This document shows positions 1-7,155 of a stretch of DNA of 32,000 bases, piece after piece. The translations under genes were made by a program, and so were the position numbers. The stretch's first letter is position 1, and each line of letters begins with the position of its first letter. The stretch covers positions 10,655 to 42,654 of the forward strand of contig NZ_PMZU01000042.1 in the NCBI RefSeq assembly GCF_003170075.1, written 5' to 3'. The notes under the pieces are model-generated. The model saw nothing but the letters and a program-made list of their open reading frames with translations. It ran no database searches and was not told the DNA's origin. The DNA is from Methanoregula sp. Lineage in GTDB: Archaea; Halobacteriota; Methanomicrobia; Methanomicrobiales; Methanospirillaceae.

Positions 1-646
1 GGGCAAGCGGGAAGATTGCAAGGGCGATGTACTGGAAGATCGCGGGGAGGACTGAAAGGGGAAAGAAGGTACCCGAGAAGAGCATCATGGGCGTAATGAA
101 CAGGAATGAGGGGTAGTTGAGCGTATCGATACTTGGCGTGATCGCGGTAAAGCACATCGCGAGGCTGGCAAACGTGAGCCCGGCGAGGAATGCGAGCGGG
201 ATGGCAAGAAGTGAGAACGGAAGCGAGATGACCCCGAACACCACGAGCACCGGCAGCATGATCGCGACCGAGATCACACTCCGGGTCGCGCCCCAGAGGA
301 GTTCTCCTGCGATCACGTCCTCGATAGAGAGCGGCGTCGCGATGATCGCGTCAAAACTTTTCTGGTAATACATCCTCACGTACGAGCCGTACGTGCACTC
401 GAAGAACGCAGAGTTCATGACCGAGATCGCGAGGATGGCCGGCGCGATGTAGGTGATATACGGCACGCCATCTATCGCGCCAACGTACATCCCGATCCCC
501 AGGCCAAAGGCAGCGAGGTAGAGAAGTGCCTCGATAAGCGGTGGGAAGAAATTCACCTTCCATGTCTTCCAGAAGACATTGAGGTTGCGCTGCCAGACCT
601 TTATCGCACGCCTGCTGACCCGTGGAAGTGAAAAGACGGATGCCAT
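1..646 (-). CDS. ABC-2 type transporter permease, N-terminal ~215 codons (gene continues past left edge)
   Basis: Own translation of the minus strand from ATG 646-644: MASVFSLPRVSRRAIKVWQRNLNVFWKTWKVNFFPPLIEALLYLAAFGLGIGMY... It has several hydrophobic helices. It starts 1 nt after the stop of the upstream ABC ATPase. It is missing from the ORF track only because no stop lies in the window. Confidence 0.8.
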   Translation of the reverse strand, partial: MASVFSLPRVSRRAIKVWQRNLNVFWKTWKVNFFPPLIEALLYLAAFGLGIGMYVGAIDGVPYITYIAPAILAISVMNSAFFECTYGSYVRMYYQKSFDAIIATPLSIEDVIAGELLWGATRSVISVAIMLPVLVVFGVISLPFSLLAIPLAFLAGLTFASLAMCFTAITPSIDTLNYPSFLFITPMMLFSGTFFPLSVLPAIFQYIALAIFPLA

Positions 647-647
647 G

Positions 648-1562
648 TTATTCCCTCAGATTCCTCCCGGTCAGTTTCAGGAAAACGTCTTCGAGTGTCG
701 CGGGCCGGGTGCTCACCCGGCTTGTTTTGCACCGGTCGAGCAGGGTCTTTGCAAGCTCCCGGGACGCACCCGTTGCCACCTGCACCTGATCGCCAATGGT
801 TTCATATGGTATGCCCATCTCAGTAAGGCAGGCGATCACGTCCGGGGTGTTATCCATCTCCACGATCTCGCTTCCTATCTGGTCCCGGACGAGATCGGCG
901 GGTTTTCCCTCGACAAGGAACGTACCGTTGTCCATGATCGCGAGCCGGTCGCAGAGCCGGGCCGCCTCGTCGAGATAATGGGTGGTGAGCACGATGGTGT
1001 GTCCCTGCACCTGGAGGAGCCGGAGGCGTTCCCATATCAGGTGGCGTGCCTGCGGGTCGAGGCCGATGGTCGGTTCGTCCAGGATAAGCAGATCCGGGTT
1101 GTTGATGAGCGCCCGGGCAAGGATGAGCCGGCGCTTCATGCCCCCCGAGAGCTTGTCGATGGACACATCACGTTTCTCGGTAAGCGCCACGAACGCGAGC
1201 AGGTTATCAGTCCGTTTTTTTGCCTCGGCTGCGGGGAGATCGAAGTACCGGGCATAGGTGAGCAGGTTTCCCGCGCATGTGAAGTCCGGGTCGAGGTTAC
1301 TCTCCTGAGGGACGACGCCGATCCGTTGTTTGATTTCGGCCGGATTGTCATCGGGATCCATGCCGAACACCCGCAGCGTTCCGGATGTGCGGGGCGAGAC
1401 GCACGCGATCATCCGCATGGTTGTGGTCTTCCCGGCGCCGTTCGGCCCAAGGAATCCGAAGATCTCACCTTTTTTCACGCAGAACCGGATGTGGCTGACG
1501 GCAGCCGCACCGCTGTAGGTCTTGGTCAGATTGTCCGCTTCGATGATACCGGGCACCGGCAC
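648..1562 (-). CDS. ABC transporter ATP-binding protein
   Basis: Walker A GPNGAGKTT, signature LSGGMKRR, Walker B LLILDEPT, H-loop TTHYLDE. The track ORF extends to 1652. GTG at 1562 (or 1556) is preceded by GGAGGAGGA and an upstream TTTATAGA box, so the shorter start is preferred. Confidence 0.9.
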   Translation of the reverse strand: MPVPGIIEADNLTKTYSGAAAVSHIRFCVKKGEIFGFLGPNGAGKTTTMRMIACVSPRTSGTLRVFGMDPDDNPAEIKQRIGVVPQESNLDPDFTCAGNLLTYARYFDLPAAEAKKRTDNLLAFVALTEKRDVSIDKLSGGMKRRLILARALINNPDLLILDEPTIGLDPQARHLIWERLRLLQVQGHTIVLTTHYLDEAARLCDRLAIMDNGTFLVEGKPADLVRDQIGSEIVEMDNTPDVIACLTEMGIPYETIGDQVQVATGASRELAKTLLDRCKTSRVSTRPATLEDVFLKLTGRNLRE

Positions 1563-1661
1563 TCCTCCTCCGTATCCCTCAGTAGAGCATGCATCTATAA
1601 AATTCCCGTGATGGGACAAACAGTTGGTCGGTTCTGTGCATGTCGGGTGCACGAAAAAAGA

Positions 1662-2123
1662 TCAGACCGGGGGTGATGTCACTTCGCTTTTTACAAGGAC
1701 GATGCCGGCGATGAGAACCGCGAGCAGGGCTACGGCGGCAAACATCTGGAGTGCATCGGTTGTGCTCGATATGTTGAAGATCAGGATATGCCTGACCATA
1801 CCCGTGAGGCCGGCGATGAGAAGCGCCCGCACCTCGACGTGCTTCGTCCGGAAATAGACGGTAACGGTCTCAAAGAGGACTATGATGGTGATCGTGAGGA
1901 GCAGGGCGTTGATCACCGCAACGATACCGTCTGCAAGGTCGTGGGTGACGATCATGGTAACGATCAGGTGCGCCGCATCGTAGACCGAGAAAACCGCGAT
2001 GATTGTGAGCAGTGCAGCGACGATCATGTAGAGCGCCATCGGAACAAGCGCGAAGAACCTGATGACATACTCGACACCGGGCGGGTTTACCGGCGTCATT
2101 GAAGAGGGAGGATTTTCTGACAT
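1662..2123 (-). CDS. PsiE-family-like integral membrane protein
   Basis: About 4 TM helices. The segment LLLTITIIVLFETVTVYFRTKHVEVRALLIAGLTGMVRHILIFN resembles the PsiE core. ATG 2123 is preferred over GTG 2132. Confidence 0.55.
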   Translation of the reverse strand: MSENPPSSMTPVNPPGVEYVIRFFALVPMALYMIVAALLTIIAVFSVYDAAHLIVTMIVTHDLADGIVAVINALLLTITIIVLFETVTVYFRTKHVEVRALLIAGLTGMVRHILIFNISSTTDALQMFAAVALLAVLIAGIVLVKSEVTSPPV

Positions 2124-2202
2124 GACAAACACTCCATGGACAGGTACCAGTAGGTAGTCAACAGGGGGTTAAAAATTGTGTGCTGGTGCTGGTGTCCGGG
2201 CC

Positions 2203-2676
2203 TTATGCCTTTTTTTTGATGCGGGCAAGGGCGCGGCAGGCTGCCTCCCGGACAGCGTCAAAGGGATCGTTGCTCGCGTTCAGGAGCGGTCCTGCCGCCC
2301 TCTGGTCGCCAAGACTGCCCAGCACCTCCGCCGCCCCGGCCCGGATCCGGTCATCGCGGTCGTCCAGGCAGACGGTGAGCGGGATGACTGCCCGCCGGTC
2401 CTTCAGCCTGCCGAGCGCGGCGATCGACCCGGCTCTGACTTCCGGGTCTGGATCGGCCAGTAGGGTGATGAGGCCCGGCACCGCCCGTTCATCGTCCAGC
2501 CTGCCGAGCGCTTGTGCCACTTCCCGGCGGACGGCCGGGTGCGCATCGGAAAGCGCCTGAACGAGCGGCGCCACTGCCGAAGGGTCACCGGATCTGCCGA
2601 GCCGGGCGGCCGCATCGCGTCGTGTCTTTACCGTGGGTGAGCCAAGGGCCGCAAGCAGGGGGGCGATATCGGTCAT
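2203..2676 (-). CDS. HEAT-repeat (PBS-lyase type) protein
   Basis: Five tandem ~31-aa repeats of the form D..VR..AA.ALG.LGD.RAV.PL...L.D. Confidence 0.8.
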   Translation of the reverse strand: MTDIAPLLAALGSPTVKTRRDAAARLGRSGDPSAVAPLVQALSDAHPAVRREVAQALGRLDDERAVPGLITLLADPDPEVRAGSIAALGRLKDRRAVIPLTVCLDDRDDRIRAGAAEVLGSLGDQRAAGPLLNASNDPFDAVREAACRALARIKKKA

Positions 2677-2701
2677 GACAGGGATCGTTCCGGTAGAATG
2701 A

Positions 2702-3049
2702 TCAGCGATCGCATTCGGCGCCGGACTCGTATGCCACGATCACTTTTTGGGCAATCTCCGGGGAGATCCGGTCGTGGATGAGTTTAACAAGCGCTTCTGC
2801 ATCCTCGACCTCAACGCACCCAAGCCCCTCTTCCCCGGTCAGGATCTTTTCAGTGATGTAGGCCAGTTCCTCGTCGGAAAGTTTGCTGATCCGCCCGGTA
2901 AAATCCTCGGCACTCTCTGCAAAATGGTTGGAGACCGGGGGCAGGATCGCGTGGAACTGGTGTCCCGATCCGCCGCAGGTGAGATCTCCGCATTCGGGTG
3001 CGAGTTTTTTTAAGATTTCAATATCCTTTTCGCTGAGTTCGCGTGCCAT
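2702..3049 (-). CDS. hypothetical acidic Cys-containing protein (115 aa)
   Basis: Internal ATG of track ORF 2702..3430: MARELSEKDIEILKKLAPECGDLTCGGSGHQF... The upstream part of the ORF is Arg/Gly/Pro-rich and looks non-coding. I recognised no family with confidence. Confidence 0.5.
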   Translation of the reverse strand: MARELSEKDIEILKKLAPECGDLTCGGSGHQFHAILPPVSNHFAESAEDFTGRISKLSDEELAYITEKILTGEEGLGCVEVEDAEALVKLIHDRISPEIAQKVIVAYESGAECDR

Positions 3050-3061
3050 AAAAGATCGTGC

Positions 3062-3083
3062 TTCCCGGGAAAGTATTTCCCGG
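3062..3083. promoter_or_regulatory. overlapping palindromes TTCCCGGGAA and CCGGGAAA-gta-TTTCCCGG, 13-34 nt upstream of the 2702..3049 gene start
   Basis: Read directly: cTTCCCGGGAAAGTATTTCCCGGt. Either a candidate operator or a 5'-UTR hairpin. Confidence 0.3.
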
Positions 3084-3257
3084 TATCTCCAGATTAGTCT
3101 TTTTACACGTTTGCGGGTATACCCCTGCCCGGCGCCCCCCCATTCTTCCTTTTGGACCGTAAGTACCGGACCGCGCCGATTACACTGCGATATTAAAAAG
3201 AAACACGCCGTAAAATCTGCCGGTTTACCGGCTCTCTCTAAAAAGGAAGGATGAAGA

Positions 3258-3656
3258 TCAGAAATATTTGTTGATCCAGTTTTTGATCCCTGCAATAATA
3301 CCGTTCCCGCTGCCGGATGAAGATTTTTTCTGGGGGGACCGGGTTGGTTGGGGCTGCGGCCGGCTGGCCTGGATAGGCGGTGGATGGGACACCGTCCGCC
3401 TCTGGACCGGGTCTGCCCGTTCGGGAACATCTTGGATCATGCTGTGCTGTGCCTCTGCCTCGGGTTCAAAGCCCCATGAGAAACCGACCTTGTACGCATT
3501 TTCGTTCTGCCGTATCCAGTTTGCTGCCGCCATGTATCCCCGGTCTTCTGCCCGCCGTACTGTGTCCTGGGTGTCCAGCGTGAAATGGATCTCACGCTCA
3601 AGGGCGACCAGCTCTTCATACACATTACCTGGAACCTTGATCTTCTCCCTGCTCAT
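3258..3656 (-). CDS. hypothetical protein: small helical N-domain, P/Q/S-rich linker, amphipathic C-terminal tail
   Basis: Track ORF with ATG at 3656. N-terminal ~70 aa: KVPGNVYEELVALERE...AANWIRQNENAYKVGFSWGFE. Then PPPIQASRPQPQPTRSPQKKSSSGSG. It ends GIIAGIKNWINKYF. Confidence 0.6.
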   Translation of the reverse strand: MSREKIKVPGNVYEELVALEREIHFTLDTQDTVRRAEDRGYMAAANWIRQNENAYKVGFSWGFEPEAEAQHSMIQDVPERADPVQRRTVSHPPPIQASRPQPQPTRSPQKKSSSGSGNGIIAGIKNWINKYF

Positions 3657-4147
3657 AGTTCTTCGTATAGGGATATGCAGGGATACGATATTTAATGCTT
3701 CCTCAAAAAAAGTCGCAGATATGCGTTAAATCCACAAACCGGGTTGAAAAATGACTGTTAAAGACCCCAAAAACGATCCCCCGCAGATAATTGATACGTG
3801 CACCTGCGAAACAGTAGATATCCCGTGTGCATCTCTGATACAGGGAATGCCTGATGGGGAGTGTTCAAGGCAACAGTCGTTTTTGTGGATGATGATCTCC
3901 GGCGGATGTTCTGTACGGATATGGCAAAACTCGAGAGAATTATAGCATCTGGCAAATATGGCGTGCACAAGGTTTCGATTAAGGACAAGCACATCAGTGT
4001 GGAGATAAAAAAATAGGGCGATAAGATCCAGGTAAAAATCTCAAGGGTGACGTAAACCCCTTGAAAAATTATGCGCTGCACCATCACAATGCTTATAGCA
4101 CTCTCAATATAACATCTGAATTATATACCGGCCGGAGGATGGGCTGG

Positions 4148-4522
4148 ATGAAAGGCAGAAAGGTGCAGTATTTTACCGAGAATGAAACGGAGTTTGTCAA
4201 TCTCCTGATCGGGATCGGTGTTCCTCGGACCGTTGCAAAAGTGCTGGTATTTCTGGCAAACACTCCCGAAACCACCTCCCGCGATATCGAACGGGGTGCC
4301 GACCTCCGCCAGCCGGAAGTCAGCATTGCGATGCAGTATCTCAAAGAGCAGGGCTGGATCACGAGCAGGCTGGTCAGGACAGAATCGATTGGCCGACCGC
4401 AGAACGTTGTCAGCCTTTCCCGGCCCATCGCTGAGATCATTGACCGCATCCAGACCGAGAAGGAAGGCGAGATTCAGAAGGAACTGGCCCTCGTGCAGAA
4501 AATCCGGGATTACATCGCTTAA
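4148..4522 (+). CDS. winged-helix transcriptional regulator (ArsR/TrmB-like)
   Basis: The sequence ...ETEFVNLLIGIGVPRTVAKVLVFLANTPETTSRDIERGADLRQPEVSIAMQYLKEQGWITSR fits an HTH plus wing. ATG 4148 has GGAGG 9 nt upstream and TTATATA at 4122. The track start at 4061 is a TTG inside the promoter region. Confidence 0.7.
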   Translation: MKGRKVQYFTENETEFVNLLIGIGVPRTVAKVLVFLANTPETTSRDIERGADLRQPEVSIAMQYLKEQGWITSRLVRTESIGRPQNVVSLSRPIAEIIDRIQTEKEGEIQKELALVQKIRDYIA

Positions 4523-4549
4523 TGTCGGTGTGCCGGAGCGTACGGTGGG

Positions 4550-4556
4550 TTTTTTT
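4550..4556 (+). terminator. oligo-T (T7) tract after the regulator gene
   Basis: ggtgggTTTTTTTctat lies 28 nt after the TAA. Archaeal terminators are oligo-T tracts. Confidence 0.4.
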
Positions 4557-4581
4557 CTATTCCCGTGGAGCCAGGTACGGC

Positions 4582-4731
4582 TTACAGGTCGGATTCGTGC
4601 TCCGCAGAATACAGCAGGGCTTTTACCAGAAAATAGGAGAGTACGGCAGCAATGCAGAGAAGGGCGATCGCAAGCAGGATCCGGTCCTGCGGAGGGATCA
4701 CAAGGGAGAGGTATGCATGGTTGGACAGCAT
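4582..4731 (-). CDS. candidate 49-aa single-pass membrane micro-protein
   Basis: Own translation: MLSNHAYLSLVIPPQDRILLAIALLCIAAVLSYFLVKALLYSAEHESDL*. It has one clear TM helix. A T-rich TATA-like box (RC of 4779-4795) lies ~50 nt upstream. It is below the track size cut-off. Confidence 0.3.
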   Translation of the reverse strand: MLSNHAYLSLVIPPQDRILLAIALLCIAAVLSYFLVKALLYSAEHESDL

Positions 4732-4983
4732 CAGATATTCATCTGCCGTAACGTTCTCTGAATGGTTTTCTCACTGTCTCTATCCTAAAAAAAGTGTTGA
4801 TTGCACCAGCCGTACTCCCTCCCCGCTTACGTATCTCCCCTCGTCGCGCCACAATCTGGAACCCTGATTGGAACTGACGCGAAAACACGTCACTTCAGGG
4901 AAACCATACATACCGTTTAAGGAGTATAATACCCAAAATCCAGTACACGAACGGGAAATCCGTAAAACGGGAGCGTGGCAGCC

Positions 4984-5583
4984 ATGAGTGCATTCATTAT
5001 TTCCGCCGGTGTTTTTACCTTTGTTATCGTACCTCTCCTGATCTTTTGTGCGCGTATCTGCGATATGAGCCTGGATACGATCCGGGTCATCTTCATGTCG
5101 AAAGGGATCAAGTACCTCCCGTCGTTTATCGGCTTTTTCGAAGTGATCATCTGGCTGGTGGCCATCGGCCAGGTCATGAACAACCTGACCAACGCCGTCT
5201 GTTACATCGCGTACGGCGCAGGGTTTGCCACCGGGACGTTTGTCGGCATGGCTATCGAGGAGAAACTGTCGCTTGGCCTTACGAGTGTACGGATCATCAC
5301 CAAGGAAGATCCCTCGGTCCTGATACAGTATCTCCGGGCCCAGAATTACGGTGTCACGAGCATTGATGGGGAAGGTGGAAAGGGCCCGGTGAAGATGGTC
5401 TTTACGATCATCAAGAGGAAGGATCTCGCCCACGTAGTCAGTATCATCAAGGAATATCACCCGAAAGCGTTCTATTCGGTCGAGGAAGTAAAATCGGTTG
5501 CCGAAGGGGTGTTCCCCGAGCGGAGGGCGTCGGGGATCTTCGGGTGGATCAGTTCGCTGCGGCTCCGCCGGGTAGGGAAGTAA
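4984..5583 (+). CDS. UPF0316/DUF2179 family membrane protein
   Basis: N-terminal TM helices are followed by a C-terminal DUF2179-like domain (GVTSIDGEGGKGPVKMVFTIIKRKDLAHVVSIIKEYHPKAFYSVEEV). ATG 4984 has GGGAG upstream. Confidence 0.85.
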   Translation: MSAFIISAGVFTFVIVPLLIFCARICDMSLDTIRVIFMSKGIKYLPSFIGFFEVIIWLVAIGQVMNNLTNAVCYIAYGAGFATGTFVGMAIEEKLSLGLTSVRIITKEDPSVLIQYLRAQNYGVTSIDGEGGKGPVKMVFTIIKRKDLAHVVSIIKEYHPKAFYSVEEVKSVAEGVFPERRASGIFGWISSLRLRRVGK

Positions 5584-5814
5584 GCCGGTGAAACGGTGGC
5601 CTGAACCCGGCTATTACGTTCTGACCTGCGGATATCTCATCCCCATTTTTCTGTAGGATAATCTTCCCTGCCCGCCCGTTGAGCCAGGATAAGGTGGGGT
5701 GGATGGAACCGCTTTTTTCAGGCATTCTGACGGAGATAAAAACAGCCGGCAGCGGTGCGTAAAAACGTGCCGATACGATAATAAAAAAGCATTGGCCCGG
5801 GAAAACTCCCTACC

Positions 5815-6372
5815 TTACTTTGGGTAGTTCTTCCCGACCGAGAACGCTTTCTCAACCTGCTTGCCCACACCAAAATAGGTGGCCTGGGCATAGACGATCG
5901 GATTGATCTTTGCGATATCCGGTTTCCCTTCTGTGAGGCAGGACTTGTCAGCATGAATCTCCACGACCTCGCCGATGTATAGCAGGTGGCTCCCGCAGTC
6001 AACGGATTTGAACAGCCTGCACTCGATATTGACCGGGCACTCTTCCGCGAGGGGAGCGGTCTTGAGTTTGCCATAGGTCGACCGGAAGACTGCTGACTTG
6101 TCCACCTGCGTACCGGAAACAAGACCGCAGTGGTCGGTCTCGACGACCTGCTTGAGGGACGGCACGTTCAGGCTGAAGGTCTTGTTCTCTTCGATGCCCT
6201 TTACGGTGTACCGCGTCTTGTTAAGCGCAACGCAGACCATCGGCGGCGCCATACAGGCGACCGTGGCCCATGCGGCGGTCATGTAGTTCGGTTTACCTTT
6301 CACGTTTGCGCCCACGAGCACGGTGGGCATGACACTCATGTACGGCATCGGGCCGACTGTTACCTTGGCCAT
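5815..6372 (-). CDS. flavin reductase-like FMN-binding protein (flavoredoxin type)
   Basis: Split-barrel pattern: PTVLVGANVKGKPNYMTAAWATVACMAPPMVCVALNKTRYT...HLLYIGEVVEIH. Confidence 0.75.
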   Translation of the reverse strand: MAKVTVGPMPYMSVMPTVLVGANVKGKPNYMTAAWATVACMAPPMVCVALNKTRYTVKGIEENKTFSLNVPSLKQVVETDHCGLVSGTQVDKSAVFRSTYGKLKTAPLAEECPVNIECRLFKSVDCGSHLLYIGEVVEIHADKSCLTEGKPDIAKINPIVYAQATYFGVGKQVEKAFSVGKNYPK

Positions 6373-6496
6373 GTGGATTCACCGGATTCAGGTTCGCGAG
6401 GGAGGGTTTTAAGGGTATCTCTGCGGTAACTTTCTGCTTTCGATAACAATCCAGAAAAGAGGATTTGACCATCAGGGTAAAAGTGAGATGGTAAAA

Positions 6497-6772
6497 TTAT
6501 TTGTCATTATCAGAATCCGTGGTGGGGTCATTCCGTATCACTTGCCGCAACAGCGTACGAAATTCATCATCATGACGTGCGAGATTAAAGAATACATTGC
6601 GCATCGTTTTAGGAAATCGCTCACTGTTCATATCACAGAACTGGCAATAATAGGCACACGCATCAATAATAATATCATCACGATTCAGGAACTTCTGTTT
6701 TGCAATAGTATCCAGTTTTTCAACCAACTCGGTTGGTATTTTCAACGAAACAGCAGTATCCTTATGAGTCAT
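6497..6772 (-). CDS. ribbon-helix-helix (CopG/Arc-like) small protein in an AT-rich islet
   Basis: VSLKIPTELVEKLDTIAKQKFLNRDDIIIDA fits a beta-strand/helix/helix RHH pattern. The C-terminal half is unrecognised. Local GC is far below the flanks. Confidence 0.55.
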   Translation of the reverse strand: MTHKDTAVSLKIPTELVEKLDTIAKQKFLNRDDIIIDACAYYCQFCDMNSERFPKTMRNVFFNLARHDDEFRTLLRQVIRNDPTTDSDNDK

Positions 6773-6862
6773 GTATTGTGTTATTTTTCAAGGGATTATT
6801 AAAACTGTTGCTTAAAAGTTCATGTATTTTTTTGTCTGTAGAATAGAACCATCGTCGAAAAG

Positions 6863-6937
6863 TGCTGCTAAGGGGATTCGAACCCCTGTCGCGAGCGTGA
6901 GAGGCTCGCATGATTGGCCGGTCTACACTATAGCAGC
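6863..6937 (-). tRNA. tRNA-Glu (anticodon CUC)
   Basis: The reverse complement GCUGCUAUAGUGUAGACCGGCCAAUCAUGCGAGCCUCUCACGCUCGCGACAGGGGUUCGAAUCCCCUUAGCAGCA folds as a cloverleaf. Anticodon stem CGAGC/GCUCG, loop CUCUCAC, T-loop UUCGAAU. No CCA is encoded. Confidence 0.9.
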
Positions 6938-6966
6938 GTAATTGCCCAGTAACATAGGCGAGGGAC

Positions 6967-6975
6967 TTACTTAAA
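6967..6975 (-). promoter_or_regulatory. TATA-like box (TTTAAGTAA on minus strand) 30-38 nt upstream of tRNA-Glu
   Basis: Position and AT-rich consensus are typical of archaeal tRNA promoters. Confidence 0.4.
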
Positions 6976-7032
6976 GTTTGTCAGCTTTACCCCTGCCTTT
7001 TCAGCTGAAGGATCGGGCGGGTAAACCACATT

Positions 7033-7057
7033 GGGAAACGGGACGGGCAAAGCAGGG
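7033..7057 (+). other. canonical G-quadruplex motif GGGaaacGGGacGGGcaaagcaGGG
   Basis: Four G3 tracts with loops of 4, 2 and 7 nt, inside a cluster of nine G3+ tracts spanning 7015-7097. Confidence 0.5.
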
Positions 7058-7155
7058 AATTTTATCAATCCGGGGGTTTTGCGGCTTTTTGGGCGGGATC
7101 GAAAGGATTCCCCATAAACAACTATATCCCGAACATGCATCGATTAATATGAGAA

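Noticed and set aside
579-1676. 365-aa plus-strand ORF
   Set aside because: It is antisense to the ABC ATPase, which has canonical Walker A/B and signature motifs. The product is Arg/Gly/His-rich and low-complexity, typical of shadow ORFs in GC-rich DNA.
3886-3897. GGATGATGATC resembling a C box (RUGAUGA) of a C/D-box sRNA
   Set aside because: No CUGA D box lies within the expected 50-70 nt downstream, and no C'/D' pair or terminal stem was found.
3751-3945. 64-aa Cys-rich plus-strand ORF, plus minus-strand ORFs 3726..3992 and 3758..4087, in the long intergenic gap
   Set aside because: They overlap one another in different frames and have odd composition (Cys/Trp/Ile-rich). None has ribosome-binding or promoter support. 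The 3921..4016 frame looked more protein-like and is reported as a low-confidence finding instead.
6380-6480. Possible att-type direct repeat of the tRNA-Glu 3' end at the left border of the AT-rich islet
   Set aside because: Only a scattered match was found (ttaagggtatc vs ctaaggggattc). It is too weak to call a repeat by eye.
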